Shown: positions 1-5,850 of the stretch, one piece after another
Position numbering within the stretch: the stretch's first letter is position 1
How the letters are laid out: each line of letters opens with the position of its first letter
Assembly: GCA_028282585.1 (NCBI GenBank)
Contig: JANQHR010000130.1
Location: 1 to 11,034, forward strand
Direction: 5' to 3'
DNA length: 11,034 nt
From: Bacteroidales bacterium
GTDB lineage: Bacteria > Bacteroidota > Bacteroidia > Bacteroidales > UBA12077
Program-made: the position numbers and the translations under genes
The notes under the pieces: generated by a model
Seen by the model: only the letters and a program-made list of their open reading frames with translations
Database searches by the model: none
What the model was told of the DNA's origin: nothing

Positions 1-12
1 GTACAGAGTACT

Positions 13-110
13 TGTATAAAAATATGTGAATCAAGGGTTTATTCTAAATATTCAGGAAAATCCGGATTTAAAGGCAAGATTTTCAACTCTTGATTCGCAG
101 TATTTATATG
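13..110. repeat. Long imperfect inverted repeat / structured intergenic element
   Basis: 25-39 (TGTGAATCAAGGGTT) pairs with 85-99 (AACTCTTGATTCGCA) over 15 contiguous pairs, two of them G-U on the + strand. The stem extends with bulges to about 13/110. Inner stem GAAAATC (56-62) / GATTTTC (78-84). Confidence 0.55.
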
Positions 111-186
111 TAAATATACTTTTACCAACCATATTCCTTTCTTTTAGAAAATAGATTACTTTTAACTGAACTTTTTTAAGCTAAAA

Positions 187-194
187 TAGGTTTG
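187..194 (+). promoter_or_regulatory. Putative Bacteroidetes sigma-A -7 box for the carbonic anhydrase gene
   Basis: TAGGTTTG is an exact match to TAnnTTTG, 26 nt upstream of the ATG at 221. No clear -33 TTTG seen. Confidence 0.45.
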
Positions 195-220
195 CTTAGT
201 AGATGAATCAGAAAAGTGTA

Positions 221-760
221 ATGAAGAGCCTGACTGAAGTAAACACAAAAGAAGATATTTTACCGGCTTATAGAAAAACCCCTATTGGGTTGTTGTTGGA
301 ATATCACAATCTAAACCGTACTTTTTGCAAATATGAAAGTCCTCAGATGCTAATCGGCATGTGCATGGACCATCGAAAAACCCTCTGGATACCCGAAAAC
401 TTTGCTTACATTATCCGTTCTGGCGGGGCAAACCTTTTTTATCATGAATTCCAGGTATCATATGCTATTGCAGTTGGAGGAATTAAACACATCGCACTAA
501 TGGGGCACAATCATTGCGGGATGGTTAACCTGGAAACACGTAAAGAAGATTTTGTTGAAGGCTTAGTTAATAATGCTGGTTGGAAAAAGGATACTGCCCA
601 AACCCATTTTGAAAATCTTTCCCCTTTCTTTGAAATTGGAGATGAAAAAGAGTTTGTAAGCTGTGAAGCGAAAAGACTACGACAACGCTATCCGAATATT
701 CTCGTAGCTCCCCTGTATTATAATGTAGATACGGGCAAGATATCTCAAATAAATGAATAG
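221..760 (+). CDS. Beta-class carbonic anhydrase
   Basis: Zn-ligand motifs CxDxR (GMCMDHR) and HxxC (MGHNHCG), plus the IIRSGGAN segment. The ORF track starts at 203; I prefer ATG 221 (MKSLTEV) because the -7 box at 187-194 puts the transcription start near 200. Confidence 0.9.
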   Translation: MKSLTEVNTKEDILPAYRKTPIGLLLEYHNLNRTFCKYESPQMLIGMCMDHRKTLWIPENFAYIIRSGGANLFYHEFQVSYAIAVGGIKHIALMGHNHCGMVNLETRKEDFVEGLVNNAGWKKDTAQTHFENLSPFFEIGDEKEFVSCEAKRLRQRYPNILVAPLYYNVDTGKISQINE

Positions 761-795
761 TCAATATTTTCGATAAAGGTTAGCTTTCTAATTAT

Positions 796-1677
796 GAGGT
801 TGTTTAAAGTTTCTGTAATAAAATAATCGTAAATACTAGTAAATTCAATGTTTTCCTGTATGTTCAATTTGTTTCAAAACGTATAAAGATAGCTTTGAAC
901 GCATCAAGCCACGCATTGGTTTGGTCTACCACAAACCTCTTTTATACAACAGTTCGTCAAATAAATACCCATTGCCATTGCGTTTGTTTTTGTCAATGTT
1001 GCCGATAATTTCTTCCTGAAGGTAGTAATTGCGGAAACCTTCAGTATCAAAACCTGCATTAGTACTTAAGAACATACCATCAACAGAACAGATATGTGTG
1101 ACAATTATAGCCTGTCCAACATCCCTTTGAACACAGGTACAAGCCCAAAGTCATTGTTATGGTTGCTGACAGCAGAGTCGCTGCAAGTCAATAGTATGCG
1201 TTGGTTGTCGTTTAAAATGAGCATATTGCTTGTCTTGGTTTTTCCTGCACTCACACGCCACTGCTCCCTCTCCATGTTTAGCGGGATGTGTGCTGTCCAG
1301 CTGGATGCGACAAGCCAAGTAAGTGTTTATAGTTGTTAAGTAAAAATTGCCAGACTTTTTCAAAACTTCCGTCTTTACCCCATTTTTGAAAATGATAATG
1401 GACGCTTTGCCAGCGGTACTTACAGCGAAAAAACTATTTATGGGCAATTACCGCTATTAGCAAGTTGCCCTTAACCTGTATATAATCGCTTCAACCACTT
1501 GGTATACTTTTACTTTGGCATTGTTCTTTGATTTCCCAAAAGATAAATGTGGACAAATCTCTTTTTTTATTATACTTTTACTCAACACAACCTTTTAGAA
1601 AGATATGATACTGCAATATTGAATATCAATTGCATGGTGTCGTTCTTTCTTTTCAACAAGTTACTTTCAACAACTTC
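796..1677 (-). mobile_element. Degenerate IS5-family insertion sequence (882 bp)
   Basis: Terminal inverted repeats GAGGTTGTTTAAAGT (796-810) and ACTTTCAACAACTTC (1663-1677) match at 13/15. TAT flanks both ends (793-795, 1678-1680), a possible target duplication. Encloses a transposase relic whose stop codon lies inside the repeat. Confidence 0.85.
804..1588 (-). pseudogene. IS5-family DDE transposase pseudogene
   Basis: Minus-strand fragments in shifting frames: VLSKSIIKKEICPHLSFGK; AIIYRLRATC**R*LP; KYRWQSVHYHFQKWGKDGSFEKVW; IQLDSTHPAKHGEGAVA; KTKTSNMLILND; GMFLSTNAGFDTEGFR; RFVVDQTNAWLDAFKAIFIRFETN; FTIILLQKL*. Stops at 1448-1450, 1454-1456 and 1457-1459, plus several frameshifts. Confidence 0.88.
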
Positions 1678-1835
1678 TATTAAAAAAAACGACACAAACC
1701 TCGCCTTAACATTATTTAACATTCTTTTACATGTCTATATTTTTTACTATGATAATGTATATTTACTTTTACTAAATCTTTGCAAAGAACATAATCATAT
1801 TTTAATTACACTAATGGAATCACTCTAATACCAAA

Positions 1836-1892
1836 AAATTTGTCACTCCGGATGACATAAAATTGCCATCCTCCACCGGAGATGACAGATTT
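1836..1892. promoter_or_regulatory. Nested palindrome / putative transcription-factor operator upstream of the lipoprotein cassette
   Basis: TGTCA-N7-TGACA at 1841-1857; TGCCATC-N10-GATGACA at 1864-1887; GATGACA directly repeated 30 bp apart. Outer inverted repeat AAATTTGTCACTCCGG (1836-1851) / CCGGAGATGACAGATTT (1876-1892). GC-rich patch in AT-rich DNA, about 90 bp before the ATG at 1982. Confidence 0.5.
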
Positions 1893-1981
1893 AAAGTAAA
1901 TAAAATTGCTAAATGGAGGTATTATTGCGCTTAAACAACGCATGATTATAGGCAATCAACAACATAAAACACATAAATATT

Positions 1982-3568
1982 ATGAAACATAAAATTAAAC
2001 ATTTATTTAAAAACACTATTATCATTATATTGTTTTTGTTTGTATTAAATAGTTGTCAAGAAGATAAAATAGAGCCAATAAGTATCAAAGATGGAATCGC
2101 ATCTGTAACACCACATCAATTTAACTGGGAAACCATTGATTGGATGCCAACTCCTCCAGGACAGAGTCAAATACCTGTGCCATGGATTGGCCAAGGAAGT
2201 ATTGCATCTATCTATGGAACAGATGTTATTCAGGATATCAAATCCTATGATGGTTGGGAGCTTGTGTACAATACCTTTGATCCAAATTCTGCTGGATCAC
2301 TCATAAACCCATACTTTGTTTTATATAACAAATATAGAGGATTAATGAGAATATATTTATACACAACGACCCAATTTATAGCTCCTTCTACATATATTCA
2401 GGATGGCCTTTCAATTATCTCCAGTTATGAAACGTCCATGCTTAATTTTATGGGAACAGATTTAGTTGATCCAACCATAAACCAATCTTCATACTCCCAA
2501 ATGCAGCCTGCACCAGATGATGGCTCACTACCTTTGGCTTCTAATAAATGGTATATGATGCAATACGAATTTGCATACGATGCAAATATCTCAAATATAC
2601 CATACAATAATATTCTACTAAATTGGAGTAATAATTTCCATAATGTGGAAGAAATATCGTTAGGTGGTGATATTAAAGGCACAATAAAAAGTGCAGTAGG
2701 CTCAACCGGGTCTAATATATTTTCAGCTCTTGGCAATGTCGGCAAAGCAGTTGGCAAGGTTGCACTATCTGGCATTGGAAAAAATTTACTTGATAAAAAC
2801 ACGATCGATGCTACAACCGGAGAAAACAAACTAGGTCTACCTGATAAAGTTTTTAAAGAAGTTCTAAAAGGAGCGGGAAGTGCCGTTTCTAGCAGTACCA
2901 AAGAGATTCCTGGAGCTGTATTTAATTTATTCAGTGCTATATTAGGAGGAAGTAGCGGTCCAACTGCATTAAATCTTAATTTGAATGCAGATATTGATAT
3001 TGAAGGAACTGCAACAAATAGTGGTTCTTTTCCTTCTAGTCCAACTTCAATGTATGTTCCGGGAACAAACATTTCAAACTCGGCTACTGGCTACATTCCA
3101 TTATTTAACAAAAAACTGGGAGTATTTAATATATCTGCAAAACCTGAGGTAAATGTCCATCGTAAGATAAGAATAATTAGGAGCGGAAATCCTCGGGACG
3201 GATTCAAAAGTAGAGAAGTAAATGACTATACATTTGAGAAATTAGATTATTCAAGTTTGATCCAGATTAACCCAGAAGTAGCAAATATTGCTGAAGTTAA
3301 AGTTATCAAACAAGAGCTTATTTTGATCACAAGAAGTGAACTTAAAGGACCTGTATCTTCGACTAATGGAAGTACTGAAATAGTTGGAGTACATGATGAA
3401 GTTTATGTTGATCCAACATACATAAATATAAATGGCATACGTGACTTTGATACTGCTATTAGATTTACGATTCAGGTTGATCCCAATAATGGAGCACCTA
3501 CATCCAACATCGTGAAAACCTTCATTGCTGATCAGAATCGTACTGTAACACATAGCGTTGAAATATAA
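1982..3568 (+). CDS. Uncharacterised lipoprotein, 528 aa, probably surface exposed
   Basis: Basic N-region, hydrophobic stretch and lipobox VLNS-C25, followed by acidic QEDKIE (resembles the Bacteroidetes lipoprotein export signal). Aromatic-rich block DGWELVYNTF...NPYFVLYNKYRGLMRIYLY. Central Gly/Ala/Ser-rich amphipathic segment. No catalytic motif recognised. Confidence 0.85.
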   Translation: MKHKIKHLFKNTIIIILFLFVLNSCQEDKIEPISIKDGIASVTPHQFNWETIDWMPTPPGQSQIPVPWIGQGSIASIYGTDVIQDIKSYDGWELVYNTFDPNSAGSLINPYFVLYNKYRGLMRIYLYTTTQFIAPSTYIQDGLSIISSYETSMLNFMGTDLVDPTINQSSYSQMQPAPDDGSLPLASNKWYMMQYEFAYDANISNIPYNNILLNWSNNFHNVEEISLGGDIKGTIKSAVGSTGSNIFSALGNVGKAVGKVALSGIGKNLLDKNTIDATTGENKLGLPDKVFKEVLKGAGSAVSSSTKEIPGAVFNLFSAILGGSSGPTALNLNLNADIDIEGTATNSGSFPSSPTSMYVPGTNISNSATGYIPLFNKKLGVFNISAKPEVNVHRKIRIIRSGNPRDGFKSREVNDYTFEKLDYSSLIQINPEVANIAEVKVIKQELILITRSELKGPVSSTNGSTEIVGVHDEVYVDPTYININGIRDFDTAIRFTIQVDPNNGAPTSNIVKTFIADQNRTVTHSVEI

Positions 3569-3590
3569 GCTAATGAAATGAGTTAAAAAG

Positions 3591-3793
3591 TTGAGGCCGT
3601 CTTAAAACAAAATATCATTTAACAATCAACTTACGGTTTACAGGTGACTTTACTGTTTTAGCCCCCCTAAATCCCCTGAATGGGACTTGGAATCTTTCGG
3701 CAGTTGCCGGAGAAGTTGGGAGAGGTAAAACCAAGATTGAACTTGTAAATTGAAAGTAGGGTTTCATCAAATTTAGTTTTAAGACAGCTTCAA
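3591..3793. mobile_element. MITE-like element (about 203 bp) with internal REP-like hairpins
   Basis: Terminal inverted repeats TTGAGGCCGTCTTAAAACAAAAT (3591-3613) and ATTTAGTTTTAAGACAGCTTCAA (3771-3793) match at 20/23. Internal complementary arms and a CCCCCCTAAATCCCCTGAATGGGACTT motif. No ORF and no clear target duplication. Confidence 0.7.
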
Positions 3794-3814
3794 TCTTTTA
3801 TTTCGAACTTAAAC

Positions 3815-4561
3815 ATGAAAATTCTAATAAAAATCATAGAATCTCAGATTACAAATATTTTACTTTTTTCAATCTTAGTATTATTATCAAAACATTCATT
3901 TACCCAATCATCAATTAATCTAGGTTTAGGGTATTGTTCTAATTTATCAAATTCTGAGAAGGTTAAACCTTCTCAAAGTATCTCAATGCTAAAAGGTATT
4001 TATATTTCGTCTAGTTTTGGGAAAAAAATTAACAAAACCTCCATAATCAAAGTTGGAATAAATTATGCAAATAAGAACTATTCAATCATAAAAACGGAAA
4101 AGTTCAAAGGAGTTTCTCATAAATTCATAAATTCATATTTGAAATTCCCAGTCATACTACAAACGACTTTTTATAGTAGGAATAGAATCTCAATATCAAG
4201 TAACTTTGGCTACTATGCAAGTTATTGGTTATTTAGCAAAACTAAAGGGTTTATTCCAAATCTTTTTGACACGGAATATTCAATAGACGACAATGGACAA
4301 ATTGTCCAAAAATTATCGTTAAATAGTTATAACAGAGAAGTTGACTTAACAAAAAATAAAAAAAACAGATTTGATAATGGCTTAATCATAGGTTTGAATG
4401 TCTCACATCAATTATCAAATAATCTTTCATTGTTTATAGAGCCTTTATTTTATTATTCTCTTAAAAAAACAAAGCAGCAACATTATCTAAAAACCCCCGA
4501 TAAACTAAATCAAACAATTGCAATTCTTTTAGGCTGTTCATTCAATTTAAAAGAAAAATAA
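3815..4561 (+). CDS. Outer-membrane beta-barrel protein, PorT-like (OMP_b-brl_2)
   Basis: Signal peptide ending near HSFT-Q. Alternating strands and family-like motifs YLKFPV, NFGYYASYWL and NRFDNGLIIGLNV. Final strand AILLGCSFNL. Confidence 0.8.
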   Translation: MKILIKIIESQITNILLFSILVLLSKHSFTQSSINLGLGYCSNLSNSEKVKPSQSISMLKGIYISSSFGKKINKTSIIKVGINYANKNYSIIKTEKFKGVSHKFINSYLKFPVILQTTFYSRNRISISSNFGYYASYWLFSKTKGFIPNLFDTEYSIDDNGQIVQKLSLNSYNREVDLTKNKKNRFDNGLIIGLNVSHQLSNNLSLFIEPLFYYSLKKTKQQHYLKTPDKLNQTIAILLGCSFNLKEK

Positions 4562-4566
4562 AATCT

Positions 4567-5766
4567 ATGCCTGCAAATCTAATTAAATATTTGATTTTAA
4601 TCATTTCTATCTTATTGTTTATAACTTGTAAAAATGAAATAGATCTCAGCGAGAATATTACTACAAATAGTTTACTGGATACTTATGATATCTTCTGGGA
4701 AAAAATGAATACTAATTACTTATATTGGGACATTGAAAAAACAGATTGGGATCAAGTCAATGCAAAGTATAGACCTAAATTTACGGTACTCAACAGTGAA
4801 AACATAAAACATATAGAAAAAGCAATAACCTATTTTGAAAAAATAACGGAAAATTTAATTGATGGACATTTTTTATTATTTATGAAGTTTGACAGTACAA
4901 CTATAACATCATTTCATCCGGCATGGGAGAAAAAACTAAAAACTGAAAACTTTCATGAAAAATATCCATACCAAAATATTGTTATAAAATATTTAGATAA
5001 AAATTTTTACAGAGGAATAGACAAGAGTAATATTATTGATAATAAATCTACTACTACTATTTGTGGAACAGTCAACAATAATATATTATATTTTTCTACA
5101 AATCAATTTTCACTTTTAAAATCATATAGTTCAAAATCACCCAATTCAGTAAGAAATTCACTTAACTTCTTTTTTAATCAAATCAAAAATAACACTGAGA
5201 ATTTAAATGGTTTAATAATTGACGTTAGAGGCTCTATGGGGGGAAATTTATCTGATTTAAATTTTTTTATAGGACATCTTATCAACAAGCCTCTTCATTT
5301 TGGTTATACCCAATATAAAAACAATATTGGAAGAATTGATTATACTCCTTGGATTAAAGCATATATAAATCCACAAGCCAACTCAAAGAAAATAGATATA
5401 CCTATTATAGTATTAGCAGATAATCATTCCGCATCACTCTCGGAGTTCGTTGTATTTGCTATAAAAGCACTTCCTAACGGAATATTTATTGGTGAAAAGA
5501 CATGGGGTGCAACAGGAGCAATAGTAGATGAGCATTTGTACGATTCAGGTCAATTCAAAGTTAATGATTGTTTATTTGTCAAAACATCTTCTATCAGGTT
5601 TAAATATTTAGACGAAAAAATCTATGAAGGAAAAGGAATATCTCCAGATATTGAAATTCCATTTAATCTTAAAGATTTAAATAATAATGTAGACAAAACC
5701 TTAGAACTTGCCATAGAACTTATAAAAAATAAGAAATATAATCAATCTATATATCCAGAGAATTAA
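4567..5766 (+). CDS. S41-family serine peptidase, lipoprotein
   Basis: Lipobox LFIT-C21. Tricorn C1-like helical domain (DIFWEKMNTNYLYW...DWDQV...LIDGH). S41 motifs IIDVRGSMGG, SASLSE (catalytic Ser), IGEKTWGATG and EGKGISPDI. Starts 5 bp after the barrel gene's stop. Confidence 0.92.
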   Translation: MPANLIKYLILIISILLFITCKNEIDLSENITTNSLLDTYDIFWEKMNTNYLYWDIEKTDWDQVNAKYRPKFTVLNSENIKHIEKAITYFEKITENLIDGHFLLFMKFDSTTITSFHPAWEKKLKTENFHEKYPYQNIVIKYLDKNFYRGIDKSNIIDNKSTTTICGTVNNNILYFSTNQFSLLKSYSSKSPNSVRNSLNFFFNQIKNNTENLNGLIIDVRGSMGGNLSDLNFFIGHLINKPLHFGYTQYKNNIGRIDYTPWIKAYINPQANSKKIDIPIIVLADNHSASLSEFVVFAIKALPNGIFIGEKTWGATGAIVDEHLYDSGQFKVNDCLFVKTSSIRFKYLDEKIYEGKGISPDIEIPFNLKDLNNNVDKTLELAIELIKNKKYNQSIYPEN

Positions 5767-5770
5767 AACA

Positions 5771-5827
5771 ATTGTAATACTAACAAAGAATAATGTACTG
5801 AACATTTATTTTTATTAGTATTACAAT
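5771..5827. terminator. Long AT-rich hairpin between convergent genes, possible bidirectional terminator
   Basis: Perfect 13-bp inverted repeat ATTGTAATACTAA (5771-5783) / TTAGTATTACAAT (5815-5827), continuing inward with bulges to a 5-nt loop. No clear U-tract. Confidence 0.55.
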
Positions 5828-5850
5828 AATTAACTATTAACTATTCAATT

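Noticed and set aside
567-764. 65-aa minus-strand ORF
   Set aside because: Antisense shadow of the carbonic anhydrase with no recognisable motif.
1094-1339. 81-aa plus-strand ORF
   Set aside because: Antisense to the IS5 transposase relic.
1157-1447. 96-aa minus-strand ORF as a standalone gene
   Set aside because: A mix of in-frame (QLDSTHPAKHGEGAVA) and out-of-frame pieces of the transposase pseudogene.
1547-1828. 93-aa hydrophobic plus-strand ORF
   Set aside because: Straddles the IS end; its L/F/N/Y-rich composition is what AT-rich non-coding DNA produces.
1849-1856. CGGATGAC shared between the putative operator and the REP-like arms at 10979-11028
   Set aside because: Only 8 bp in common and the dyad architectures differ; not enough to claim a common origin.
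2425-3072. 215-aa antisense ORF inside the lipoprotein gene
   Set aside because: Codon-aligned antisense frame across a Gly/Ala/Ser-rich region; no signal peptide or motif. I considered an antisense immunity gene but found no support.
3251-3553. 100-aa minus-strand ORF
   Set aside because: Antisense shadow of the lipoprotein C-terminus.
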